Positions 1 through 12,095 of a stretch of 64,000 bases of DNA are shown here, one piece after another (position 1 is the first letter of the stretch; every line of letters starts with the position of its first letter). Source of the DNA: Chiloscyllium plagiosum (Eukaryota). The notes beneath the pieces were generated by a model. The model was given only the letters and a program-made list of their open reading frames with translations. It searched no databases and was not told the origin of the DNA. The DNA lies in the NCBI RefSeq assembly GCF_004010195.1, contig NC_057744.1:35782710-35846709 (forward strand), written 5' to 3'. Made by a program: the position numbers and the translations under genes.

Positions 1-9
1 ATAAGTCAT

Positions 10-122
10 GGGTAAGTGTAGAGTGATAGGGTAGGGGAATGGGTCTAGGTGGGTTACTCTTTGAAAGGTCAGTGTGGACTTGTTGGGCTGAAGGGCTTGT
101 TTCCACACTGTAGGGATTCTAG
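10..122 (+). mobile_element. HE1/V-SINE-type SINE, 3' portion (older subfamily)
   Basis: gtgtggacttgttgggctgaagggcttgtttccacactgtagggattcta matches the 3' end of the full copies elsewhere in the window. Confidence 0.75.
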
Positions 123-214
123 AACTGATCCATGGCCTGTTTGGTTCAAGTCAATGAAATAAAAAATTGCCTGTCATAGAATGGGCTGAGGATTTGTTTA
201 GATATTATTTTTAC

Positions 215-523
215 AGATTAGATTAGATTACTTACAATGTGGAAACAGGCCCTTCGGCCCAACAAGTCCACACCGCCCCGCCGAAGCGCAACCCACCCAT
301 ACCCCTACATTTACCCCTTACCTAATACTACGGGCAATTTAGCATGGCCAATTCACCTGACCTGCACATCTTTGGACTGTGGGAGGAAACCGGAGCACCC
401 GGAGGAAACCCATGCAGACACAGGGAGAACTCCACACACAGTCAGATGCCTGAGGCGGGAATTGAACCCGGGTCTCTGGCGCTGTGAGGCAGCAGTGCTA
501 ACCACTGTGCCACCGTGTCGCCC
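215..523 (-). mobile_element. HE1/V-SINE-type tRNA-derived SINE, near full length
   Basis: tRNA-like head with A/B boxes (TGGCACAGTGG...GGTTCAATTCC), V-domain and (TAATC)n tail. Nearly identical to the copies at 10603, 44292, 51602 and 63202. Confidence 0.9.
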
Positions 524-920
524 ACGGTGAGTTTGAACTGATGAGTTCAGAGAGGTTATGACACACATCTTAGAAACTAGTGAGGCTTAACCCTAGGTTT
601 CCATGCTCAAAGGTTTTGTATATTACCACTGCACCAGAAAAACCCTGATTATATGAACTGTGCTGAGGATCTAATATCCAACCAAGTAATTGCCACTGAC
701 AAGAATCAATTTCAACCTCTTCCTACCCATTGCTCTTACTGATATGGGATAAGGGTGCCTTGTAAATGGAGCCATTAGAAAAACTCTATGATTTGCTCCA
801 TGTAGTGGTATGGAACCTTTTACAGACATGTGAGCAAAGAGGCAGAGTTTCGCATTTAATTTGCAAAGCAACATTTCCAACAATGTAGCACTTTCTTGCA
901 TTGATCTGTCAATCTATAAA

Positions 921-1955
921 ACCATAAGCCATAAGATAAAGGAGCAGAATTAGGCCATTTGGTCCATCAAGTCTGCTTCAATATTTGATTATAGCTCCTC
1001 AACCCCATTCTCCTGCCTTCTCCCCACAACCCTTGATTTTCTCCTCATCTCAGTTCTCAAGGGTCATCACTTCAGTCTGAGGCTGGGCCCCTGGGTCTTA
1101 GTGTCTCCTACAAGTGGACACATCTTCTTCACATCCAGTCTATTCAGGCCTCTCAGTGTTCTGTAAGTTTCAATGAGACTGGTCTCACCCTGTTCCCAAT
1201 CTTTCTGAAGGTCTCAACCACTCTTTCTTTGACAAGCCCTTTGTCCCCAGGATCTTGTAAACCCCCTCTGCACTCTCTCCAATGCCAGCACATCCTTCCT
1301 TAGATACCCAAGCAGCTCACAATATTCAAAATATGGTCTGGCCAGTCTTAAACAGCCTCAGCAGTACAGCTCTTTATTATAGCCCTCTTGAAATGAATGC
1401 TATCATTGCATTTGGTTTCTTAACTGCCGACTGAACCTGCATGTTAACCTTAAGGGAATCCTGAACCAGGTCTTCCAAGTCATTTTATTCTTCAAATTTC
1501 GAAGCCTTTCCCTATTTAGAAAATAGTCTACACATCTATTCTTCCTACCAATGTGAATAACCTCACACTTTCCCATATTGTGTTCTATCTGCCACTTTCT
1601 TGCTCACTCTTCTCGCCAGACACTGTAGGTCCTTCTGCAGACTCTCCACTTCCTCAACACTACCTGTCTCTCTACCTATCTTTGCATCATCTGCAAATTG
1701 AGCAACAATGCCTTCAGTTCCCTTATCTAGGTCATTACATATAACGTGAATAGTTATGCTTCCAACACCAATTACAGCAGAACTCCATTAGTTACCTGCT
1801 GCCATCCTGAAAAAGATCCCTTTATCCGCACTGTCTGCCTTCTGCTGGTCAGCCAATCCTCTATCCATGCCAGTCACTTGTCCCTAACACCATGACTCAT
1901 CTTATTTAACTGTCTCTTACATGCCCCCCACCCTGTCAAAGGCCTTTTGGAAATC
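921..1955 (-). mobile_element. CR1-clade LINE, decayed 3' fragment
   Basis: 3' end ataagataaaggagcagaattaggccatt plus RT remnants (ttgcatcatctgcaaat = FADDA on the minus strand; DFQKAFD at about 1935-1955). Confidence 0.8.
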
Positions 1956-2053
1956 TGTCAGCATAGATTCTGTTCTAGATTATCGCATGAACCTACTAAT
2001 CCTCCAATTCTGAATTGAGAGGACTACCAAAGAAATGAATGAGTCTAAACATA

Positions 2054-2166
2054 AGGCTTGTGCAGTGCAGTAGTAGTACCTCTACCTTTGAGCCAGGAGG
2101 CCTAGGTTCAAGTCCTACTTGTTCCAGAGTTGGGTCCCAACATCTCTAAACAAGTTGATTAGCAAA
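2054..2166 (+). mobile_element. Short tRNA-derived SINE-like repeat (about 110 bp); relatives at 28244-28348 (-), 34335-34435 (-) and about 580-646 (-)
   Basis: A-box-like tgtgcagtgcagtagtag, B-box ggttcaagtcc and a shared 3' end aacaagttgattag. Confidence 0.6.
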
Positions 2167-2544
2167 CAGATTTTTATATAGCTAGAGACTTCTCTTCAAT
2201 TTCTTTGTATTGTTGTTCAGTCTTCATTCAAATCGCTTTCAGTTCCATGTTGGCTGGACCTGAATGTCCTTGTTGTATCAGTCCAGCAAAAACATCTGAC
2301 AAATTACCACTCCAAGAAAGAAACCTGTTTACACCAATTTAAACAATCCCTACCTCTCAAATCCCAAACAAGTGTCTTATTTATTTTTTGAACTAAATTG
2401 TTTCTTTGTAAATCAGGCTTACTGAGTATTACAGAGTATGATAAAATTAGGATACTTTTTCTTATACGAGTTAAAATGGGAACACAGCCAATATGAGAGT
2501 TACCACTGGGTCAATTAATTTGCACTGAGCAGGTTAATATTAAA

Positions 2545-3300
2545 TTATTCACTTTGGTAATAAAATCAGAAGCTGGATTATTATTTGAATCATCATAAAT
2601 CTGGAAAAGAGGATACCTGGGTGTCCTTAATCACCAGTTAAGCATTCTGGTGAAGTAGGCAATGAAGAAGGCAAATGGTACATGGTCTTCATAGTGAGAG
2701 GATTCGAATACTGGAGCAAGGATGTCTTGCTGCAATTGTACAGGGCCTTATTGAGATCATACCTGGACTATTATGTGCAGTTTTGGTCTCCTTATCTGAG
2801 AAAGGATATTTTGGCTTTGGAAAGAGTGTAACAAGGTTTACCAGATTGATTTCTGGGATGGCAGGACTGACGTACGAAAAGAGACAGGATCAGTTAAGAT
2901 TATACTCATTCAAGATGAGAAGGATGAGGCATAATCTCACATAAATATATAACATTCTAGCAGGATTAGACAGGGTAAACACAGGAAGAGGGATCACAAT
3001 GACTCAGGAAATCAGAACCAGGTTAAGGATAAGGTGTAGATAATTTAGAACTGAGCTGAGGAGAAATTTCTTCACCCTGAGAGTGATGACCCTGTGAATT
3101 CTCTACCACAGAACATTGGGACCAAAACATTGAATATTTTCAAGAATGAGTTTGATATAATATTTAGGGCAAAAGGGATCAAAGTGTATTGGGAGAAAAG
3201 GCAACCAGGGAACTGAGTTGGATGCTCACCTTTGATGCTAATAATGACAAAACAGGCCCAAAGAGCGACATGATCTACTCCTGCTCTTATTTTGTATGCT
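2545..3300 (+). mobile_element. CR1-clade LINE, decayed 3' fragment
   Basis: LQLYRALxRxxLDYYVQFWSPYLRKDI-like coding remnants and a ctactcctgctcttatttt 3' end. Confidence 0.82.
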
Positions 3301-4966
3301 TTCAATATTTCTATCTTATTTCATAATAATATTTCATCATAAACACATAGGAATGACAGACACACATACCCACCCAAAATGTTTTAACATGTCCTTCCCC
3401 ACAATAAAAGAACGTTAAAATAAATGCATCATTTCATAAACAAAGAAAACTATGTTCTCCTGAACTGAAGTTCTGAAAAGATCACAATAACTGTTACTAT
3501 CACGACACAGAGAACCAAACATCATTTCTGCTATCACCTAACATAGCTGGTCTGCTTGATCCCACCTAATGCAAAATCCAACTGACAAAACTAATCACCA
3601 AACATGGTCAACAGACGCATTTGCTCCTCTATCCACTCTTGAATTTATACTGTAGAGAAATGTTGTTTTGTTCATCATCACCTTGCCCTAGTGGACAGCC
3701 ATAATATATCAAACACTCCTAAGGCTAAAACTGTCAGAAACTCCATGTAAAACTGAGATCCTCACAGTTCCCTGCACATCATTACACCTCCACGATGCAT
3801 CATTTACAGTTAATTCAGTTGCAGGAGGATTAGAATCTATTACAAAAGTCACGAGATTCAACTCTTCTGTTAGTCTATTACAATCACAATGAAGAGTTAT
3901 TTATGCAGTGGAGTTATAGTTCTGGCTGGAATGGGCTTTGTTTCATATGATGTCAATGTTTCAGGGTCTTGGGAATCTAACTGACAATACATTCAGTTAA
4001 AGTGTAATTCTTTGTTCACACACTACAGTTTTTAAAAATATTTTTCTTATGTAGTTCACTGTGACATCCTAATTTTCAACCTAAATCACACAGCAACCAC
4101 GGGTAAGAAACCAGACACTGACCAATGCTACTTTGGACTGATTGTCTGGAAGTGAGCTACATGGAGTAAAGGTGAAACATAGGGAGTCTGCTGGGCTGTA
4201 TCTGGAATACTTACAGAGCATTAAAATCTGTGAATGGAACAATCCAGAGATTAAATGTGCCTCACCCACTGCTTCAGTTCCAAATATGAATACTTGCCTG
4301 CTGCAGATGGAAGATTCAGTTTGTCTAGACTCACTTCCCAGTGGATGGTAAAATGGCTTCAAGACATGAAGTCTGAATTCCCTGTTGTGGATTTTCCAAT
4401 CTAACTCCTACATTTGACCAGAAGGGGGAGTGTGACTCACGTGTTCATAAATCAATACATAAAATCGAAATGTCTGAAAAGAAAATTCTTTCAAGTCCAT
4501 GGTTCATTTATTTATCAATCTGACCTTCTGTTTATTGATTTGGCTTTGTGTTTTTTTTTCATTAGAATGCACTCGGTTCACAGCATTTTGAAAACATCCT
4601 TTGTAAAGTTGCTTCCAAGTGGTCATGCACTAAGTAGAGTGCACTAAGTAGACTATCAGCAGGCTACCAAAAAGGGGGAAAGTTGTTCTGAGCAACTTTG
4701 GGTAAGTCTGCCCCTTCCGTAATAAAAGTAAGAACTGTGGATGTTGGCCATCTGAAACAAACAAAAACAGAAAATGCTAGAGAAACTCAACAGGTCTGAA
4801 AGCATCTGCGGAGAGAAAACACAGTTAGTATTTTCAGTCCAGAGACCCTTTTTGTTTGTTTCAGCCCCTTCCCTGCCCTGTAGCTCATGAGGTGATGTAG
4901 AGACATGTACCATTTAGTTGGCAGAGACCTTGCTAAATTTTAAAAAATACACTTATAAGATATGCC

Positions 4967-5186
4967 GAATAAAAACCAAAAGAATTGTGGATGCTGTAAA
5001 TCAGAAACAAAAACAAAAACTGCTGGAAAAGCTCAGCAGGTCTGGCAGCATCTGTGAAGAGAAATCAGAATTAGGGTTTCCGGTCGAGTGACCGTTCCTC
5101 TGAACTCAACCCGAAACATTAACTCTGATTTCTCTTCACAGATGCTGCCAGACCTGCTGACATTTTCCAGCAATTTCTCTTTTTTT
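4967..5186. mobile_element. Penelope-derived fold-back insertion with a degenerate hammerhead core and 15-bp TSD
   Basis: Inverted arms at about 5021-5089 and 5105-5172. TSD cttataagatatgcc (4952-4966) and ctcataaggtatgcc (5187-5201). Confidence 0.8.
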
Positions 5187-5649
5187 CTCATAAGGTATGC
5201 CTCAGTCCTGATGTAATGCTGGCCCTGAATTCCCTGCCCTCCTGAACATATTAATTTACTTTCCAGTCGATCTAATCTATTATTTTTGCATTAAAAACAC
5301 ACACTTATTGCATTATCTCTGAGAGCATCTCTAACAAAATACTTTATAAATCCCAAGTCTCTTGCTACCTCTGATTTATATTTGTCCCCATTTAGAACAC
5401 ACACTGAATTGGACCATAACCTGCAATGAACCATAAGCAATGTACTAAGAAATTATAAAGGCCATTTTGGCCAAATACTTTAGGCACCAATAAATAAAAA
5501 TCAGGAAGTGTATCTGCCAGTACTACACTCATCAATTCTATACAACAATAGTTGAAAAGAATCTTTATTTGGTTATTTATCTGCTTGTATCAAAAACAAT
5601 GATAATGCTTTACTTACAGCTTGGTTTCTCTATGTTACTACTTGAAACT

Positions 5650-5757
5650 AAGTTTTGCACCTAGCTATCTTCGTACATAATGTGACGACATTGTACACTT
5701 TTCACTGTACCCCGGTACTTCTGGAATGAGTGCACATGACAATAACGCTAAATCAAA
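5650..5757 (+). mobile_element. Rex1/Babar-like LINE 3' tail
   Basis: cttttcactgtaccccggtac...cacatgacaataacgctaaatcaaa; related to 14625-14724. Confidence 0.5.
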
Positions 5758-6165
5758 AAGGAAGAGGTGGCACCTTGGGCTGCAATGAAGGGTTACTCTA
5801 TTTTCAGTGCAAGACCCTTTTGTGCCATCATTGTAAAAGAATTCAAGCCAGCACCAATCCGAGAGATTCATTAAAAGACTGGTAGATAATTGAAATGCTT
5901 ACAGACACTTCTTAAAGAACCAGCTCCCAAAACACTTCATTTAATGACATCTGAAAATAGCAATTAGCTGACCAAGAATAAACACGTCATTGCAAAGAAT
6001 TCAGACGACTGCTTAAAAGGTGTCACATTTTGGTGTTCACTTCTTATTGGATGTTTGAAGAGGACTTTTGAAGCACACCAGGAGACTTTCTAAGAAACTC
6101 TGTTCGAAACAACAATTTAAATAGTATCCATTTATAGAGTATCCTTAATGTAATAAAAGATCCTA

Positions 6166-6376
6166 AGTGTAATTCACTGCCACAGAAGGCTGTAGAGGCC
6201 AGGTCATTGAGTAAACTGAAGACTGAGATAGAGAGGTTCTTGATTATCAAGGGCATTCAGGGTTATGGAGAGAAAGCGGGACAATGGCGTTGAGAAACTT
6301 ATCAGCCATGATTGAACGGCAGCGCAGACTTGATGGGCAGAATGGCCTAATTTCTGCTCCTATGTATTATGATCTT
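6166..6376 (+). mobile_element. CR1-clade LINE 3' end
   Basis: Runs from aattcactgccacagaaggctgtagaggcc to gaatggcctaatttctgctcctatgt. Homologous to 29590-29800. Confidence 0.8.
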
Positions 6377-6429
6377 AAGTGTGTCATAACACTCATTCAC
6401 AGGTGTAGATTTTTTGGCAAATGATTAAA

Positions 6430-7460
6430 AGCTTGGTTGAAAAGAGAAGTAAAGAGTTTTTGGACTGAATTAAAGGAACACAGCTGTCTTGAAGGCCTGT
6501 GAGGCTGGAGGAGATGACCACAACAGAACGTGTTGAAGGCACAAAAGGATTTGGAAACAAAGGAGAGAGTGTTGAGGGATTGGTTAATCTGTGACCACAG
6601 AGGTGATAGGTGAATGAGATTTCATGGAAGTAAGAATATAGACAGCAGAATGTGGAGTGATATCAATTTTAGGAAGGATAGAATGTGGAAGGATTGCACT
6701 GAGATAGTCATGTTCAGAAGTAATAACAATGGTGGAGGGATTCTGACAAGCTGATAAGGTCGGATTGTAAGGATGTTACAAAGGTGAAAATATGCAGTGT
6801 TAGCAATGCTGTGGATATGTGGTCAGAGGCTAATTTATAAATTGAAGGTTTTTAATAGTCTGGTTTAGGCTCAGAAAATTGTCAAGGACAGAAATAAAGT
6901 CAGTGACTAAAGAGCAGCTTGTAGCATGGAGAAAAGACAATAGTTTTGATTTTCTTAGTGTTTTACTGAAGGAAATTTATGTTTATCCAGTTCTGGATGG
7001 TGGCCAAGCAGTCTGATAATTTCAGAAAAAATAGTAACAAGTGTTGGAAAACCTGTTCAACCAAAGTACAACATTTCATCCATTCCCAACAGGTCCTGGA
7101 ATAGAAGGTGAACTCATAGCCTTTAATTCAAAGGCATAGTGCTACCCACAGAATGGCAAAACTTCCTAGCAGTACTGCAGAGGGAATTGAAAACCAGGAG
7201 AAAATGTTAAAATTTAAGTGTTGCTGGACTGGCAACAGTTATAGGTCAGCAAGAACAATAGTGAAGGGCAAAGTGAACTTGACACCAGTTAAGATACAAG
7301 AGGTAGAATTTTGGATAACATACAGTTTATGTAGTATACACAGTGATGATACTAGCCAGAACACTGGAATAGTAAACTCTAAACATAACAAAGGCATGAA
7401 TGAGAATTTCAGATGAGTTGAGGGAAAGGCAAAGGCGGGCGACACATGAAGATGACGTAT
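6430..7460 (-). mobile_element. Old L2-like LINE remnants
   Basis: Purine-rich degenerate sequence with twice-recurring gaatagtcaagtctagaggtaacaaaggcatg-like motifs, typical of antisense L2 ORF2 ends as recalled. Confidence 0.45.
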
Positions 7461-7909
7461 GGAGTGTTTGCAATGGAGGAGGTATCAGATTGAAAGTCTA
7501 ACCCAGGACAAAACATGAAAATACAAACACGAATAATTAAATTTGACCTTTGGTAATATGAAAAATAATTGTAAAATTTGAACCAGAGCTTCAAAATGGT
7601 TTAAAATATTCTGAGTTAGTGGTTTGGTTTCCATATCGATTTGTATTTAGAATTTAGTTTGTAACCCTTAATATCCTTTCTACTTTATAGAAAGGCTCTG
7701 ATCCTGATTCTTCCACTCTTTAAATTGCATAATTTGGAATTGAATCGCTCAAACATTTTAGTCAAGCAACTTGCATGTCTCATCCACACTCCAATGTGTT
7801 TCTTTTCAACAATCTCATGTTGCAGCCATGAACAGCAGAGAGTTAAGACCATTGAATAGCTCAAAGTTCAACCACAAAATGGTCAATAGAAGGGGAATGT
7901 CAGGCCAAG

Positions 7910-8350
7910 AGTACATAGGAAGATATAAAATAAGAGTAGGAATTGATCATTTGATCCCTCAAGCCTGCTCCATTATTTAATATCATCATGGTTGGTCTAT
8001 TTGCTTTACGAATTCCATATTCCAATCTACCTCCAATAACCCCCATTCCCTTGCTTAACAAGAATCTAACTACCTACTCCTCAAAAATATTCAATGACTC
8101 CACTTCCACCATCATCTGAGACAGAGAGTTTCAGAATCACACAGCCTTCTGAGAGAAAAGCTTCTTGCCTTTGTCCAAAAGGACAATCCTTAATTTTAAA
8201 ACTCTTTCTGTACTAACCTAGAAGAAAACAAACATCCTTTCCATATTCACTTTCTTAAGACCATTCAGAATTTTACACACTTCAAACAACTCCCTCCTCA
8301 TTCTTCTAAACTTCAGGAACAAGCCTAAATATGACAAGCCTGTCCACCTT
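7910..8350 (-). mobile_element. CR1-clade LINE, old 3' fragment
   Basis: Begins ataggaagatataaaataagagtaggaatt...cctcaagcctgctc, followed by antisense ORF2 remnants. Confidence 0.7.
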
Positions 8351-9103
8351 ATCCTCAGAAGACAACCGATTCTTTCCTGGAATCAGTGTGATAAACCTCC
8401 TCTGAACCACTGAGTGGACTAAAGTGAATTTTATATGGGGAGGAGAATGGATTCAATAAATGCAAGCTGGTGAGTAGATTTGAGACCAAGTGACAAACTG
8501 ATGAAAGTGATACCAGATAGAATGAAGTATGGAGGTTCATGGCTGGTGACAGGTCAGAGGCCTAGTTTATAATGGCTGTGTTCATGGAGCCATACCTTAG
8601 CTACTTGGAATTGTATAGTAAGATTTTTGGTTAGACAGCATCAGCCTCAAATTGGGAATTAATTGTTTCAATTGAAAAGTGGGATTGAAAAATAGCATTT
8701 TAATTTCATGATCTGTCAACTTTCAACATGTTCATTATCTTTTCTATGTTAGTTTGCAGTCTATAAAATGGAATAGTATTGACACATCTTGGTAATCATT
8801 TGTTGAAAAATTTATTTTAAGAGAATAAGGTTGCCTTTTTTTTCACTTGCAACGTAATGGAGGCAAAATGGAATGTGATGATGAATAACAAAGTGGGGAA
8901 ATAATTATTTAAAAAGACAAAAGGTTTTAACACTTAAGGAACAAAATATTCACTGACCAATAACACAACAATCACAATGTACATGCCAGCATGTGAAAAG
9001 ACCATTCAGACCATCATGCCCTCAGTAGCTCATTGAAACAATGAAATCTACTTTCTTGTTGCCCTCATGACCATGACATTCCTTTATCAATTATATACTT
9101 TTC

Positions 9104-9254
9104 TTCCAAAGATGTGCATGTTAGGTGAATTGGCCATGGAAAAAATGCAGGCTTACAGGGATATGGTAGAGGATGGGTCTGGGTGGGATGCTTATCGGAG
9201 AGTCAATGTGGACACAATGAGCTGAATGGCCTGCCTCCACATTGTAGGAATTCC
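9104..9254 (+). mobile_element. HE1/V-SINE-type SINE fragment
   Basis: ccaaagatgtgcatgttaggtgaattggccatg through ggcctgcctccacattgtaggaattc matches the 3' half of the SINE. Confidence 0.7.
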
Positions 9255-10602
9255 TTTATTCAGTGGCAATTTATAAGGTATTATATACTCTTACAATAAA
9301 TATTTGTCGCCCAATAATGCCTTGTACTAAAAAATCAATGGGTGTGTGAGTATTGATCTACACTTCATTTAATAATTTGAAATATTTCTAATATGGAAGT
9401 ATGATTGAACTATACTGTGTGTTAAACTATATGTGGACTTAGAAGGATAAGTACATGAGAGAGTCAAAGCCAAAGGATTTTGGGATATTTTCTGTCAGAT
9501 TTTGAAAATGGATCTAAAACAGTATGTGAGTCAACAACTACCAGGGAAATTTGGCATGGCTGAAGTGAGGAGGAGTTGTGGAAGAGCTGTAGTGTGCGGG
9601 CGGTAATAAGTTTCATTCCAAAATGGATTTGAGGTTGGGAGCTGCCATCAGTTTAGAGGATAAGAATTTACTGAGAGAAGCAGGTCTTTCTGTGGGAGAG
9701 AAAGGAGCACCCAATAACCATGTTATATTTATCGCAAGAACATCATGTCCAGGTAAACAAAAACATTTCCTGGTGATGGCAAGGAGGAACTAAGGAAATT
9801 CATGAGAGCTAAATGAAATATAAGGATATGATGTCAGGGTGAGGTGAAGTGGAAGAAGCAGCTGTGCAGCAAAACCTTTGGCTCAGATCTGCTTTGCCTC
9901 AATGACATATTTCTGTGGTTCAATATTCCACATACTTCTATGACGCATTTTGAATTGAACAATACCATACCTAACTTTTTGATTAAAATAATTTTATAAA
10001 ATCTCTACCACTTTAAATTAAATCAACCAACCAAACAGTAGCCTCTGTTGTATTACACTTTCAATAAAAACAAGCAGAATAATATTGTTAACAGCACCAG
10101 ATGTGAAAAGTTAAGATCCTGGCCTGCTGAATTAACCTCTTTCTTCTGAGCTTCTTTTTTATGTTTTAAAGGGAATACGCTCTTTCTATTGAGTAGAGCT
10201 CCTACTTGGAACCCTAAGGAATTGGCTGGCCCAGTGTTTTTACCTTAGATCTTCTCATAAGTGTATGATTATACAGTAATGATTTTTACTTAAATATTTC
10301 ATACTACAATGGAGACTATTGATGATAGTATGATATTTGCTGAGCCTTTTTGTGATGTAAGGGTAAAGAGCCTTCAGGTTAGGGAACGCAGTTGAAAAGG
10401 AATTGTCCCAGAAGACCCGTGGAGACTTTTAAGGTTTATCAGGGAAGTAATCTGGGATTAAACAGAGAGGTTCATCCATTTGCAATCATATTAAATACCT
10501 GTAAACTGAAACCTAACACCATATCCCAGCTACTTCTCACAGGAACAACTGTAAATGAAAGCAATAAGTATTGGAGAACCTCAGTAAGTCTTACAACATC
10601 TA

Positions 10603-10905
10603 TTAGATTAGATTACTTACAGTATGGAAACAGGCCCTTCGGCCCAACAAGTCCATACCAACCCGCCGAAGCGCAACCCACCCATTCCCCTACATTTACC
10701 CCTTTACCTAACACTACGGGCAATTTAGCATGGCCAATTCACCTGACCGGCACATCGTTGGACTGTGGGAGGAAACCGGAGCAAACCCACACAGACACGG
10801 GGAGAACATGCAAACTCTACACAGTCAGTCGCCTGAGTCGGGAATTGAACCCGGGTCTCTGGCACTGTGAGGCAGCAGTGCTAACCACTGTGCCACCGTG
10901 CCGCC
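10603..10905 (-). mobile_element. HE1/V-SINE-type SINE, full length, inserted into a Penelope-derived arm
   Basis: Same head, V-domain and tail. The flanks rejoin as one Penelope-type terminal sequence. Confidence 0.9.
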
Positions 10906-11102
10906 AAGAGAAAAACAGAGTTACTGCAGTGACCCTTCTTCAGAACTGATAGCAGCTGTAAATGGTGGTGTTTATGCTAATGACAGGGAGTGGTGTGAGG
11001 GAAGGAGAGAATAGAATACAAAGATTCAGAAAGGGAGAGAAAAGGAAAGGCAAACAAACTGATTGCTGATGATAAGTCAAGAGACTTACCATAAATGGAG
11101 TG

Positions 11103-11557
11103 AAAATCAAAGGAGGTCCATTCCCCAGGGTGGGGGAGTCCAACCTGGACAGCAAATGCTTAATGTGAGAGGGGAAAAGAGACCTAATGAGTAACTTCTT
11201 CCATGCAGAGGGAGGTGTGTGTATGGCATGAGCTGTCAGAGGAAGTGGATGGGTATATGAATAGGACGATTTAGAGGGATATGGGTCAAATTATGCTAAA
11301 TGGGACTAGATTTATTTAGGATACCTGGCTGGCATGGGTGAATTGGACCGAAGGGTCTGTTCTCATGCTGTATATCTCTATGTCTCTATAACTGCAGATG
11401 CTGTAAATCAGAAACAAAAGCAGAAATTGCTGGAAAAGTTCTGTAAGTCTGGTAGCATCTGTGATGTGAGATCAGAATTAAGGAAGGATCATCAGACCTG
11501 AAGTATTAACTCTGATTTCTCTTCACAGATGTTGCCAGACCTATTGAGCTTCTCCAG
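11103..11557. mobile_element. Penelope-derived fold-back insertion (split by a CR1 3' end) with a 12-bp TSD
   Basis: ataaatggagtg is exact at 11091-11102 and 11558-11569. Inverted arms at about 11428-11480 and 11506-11557. Confidence 0.75.
11115..11390 (+). mobile_element. CR1/HER1-type LINE 3' end nested in a Penelope-derived fold-back
   Basis: Runs from ccccagggtgggggagtcc to ttggaccgaagggtctgttctcatgctgtatatctctatgtctctat. Homologous to 29850-30160. Confidence 0.8.
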
Positions 11558-11579
11558 ATAAATGGAGTGCTCCAGCAAA

Positions 11580-12095
11580 GCTCAACATGAGCTGGAGGAA
11601 CAACAGTTAATTTTTCGCTTAGGTATCTTGCAATTTTCAGAACTCAATATTGAATTTAACCATTTCTGAATGTGCACACTCTGCCCTCTATTCATTGCCT
11701 TTCCCTCGTTGCTGTGGGTCCCATGCCAAAAGTGGGGGGGGGGGGGTTCCAGCAGAACTAACCCATTTCCAACCACCCACATTCTCATTGGCACCCATTC
11801 AGTGTTTCCCTCCCTCCCAGTTTATCACCAGCAACCCCTTTGTTTGCCTCTCCTCATTTTCTCCTGTGGGCACCGTCTCCATGTATTCTACTCACCCCCT
11901 TCCCTACCCATCACCATCATCAGTATGAATACCCAACCTCATCCAGCTGCTATCAATTCTGAAGAAGAGTCACTGGACTCCAAATGTTAACTTTTTTCTC
12001 TCTCTCTCCACCAATACTGCTCGAACTGGAAAGGTTTTCCAGCTATTTCTGTTTTGGGATTCAGATCTCCAGTGTGAGCAGTACTTTGTTTTATT
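11580..12095 (+). mobile_element. Old Penelope-like element 3' end; its inverted partner arm is at about 10570-11090
   Basis: ELEEQQLIFRLGILQFSELNIEFNHF* resembles the ORF end at about 35540-35620. CTGAAGA-A-GAGTC-ACTG-GACTC-CAAA at 11959-11984. 10926-11080 is the reverse complement of about 11820-11975. Confidence 0.75.

Noticed and set aside
10392-10949. 185-aa ORF and the recurring peptides MWKQALRPNK.../HGGTVVSTAASQ...
   Set aside because: These are read-throughs of HE1-type SINE copies, not a gene family.
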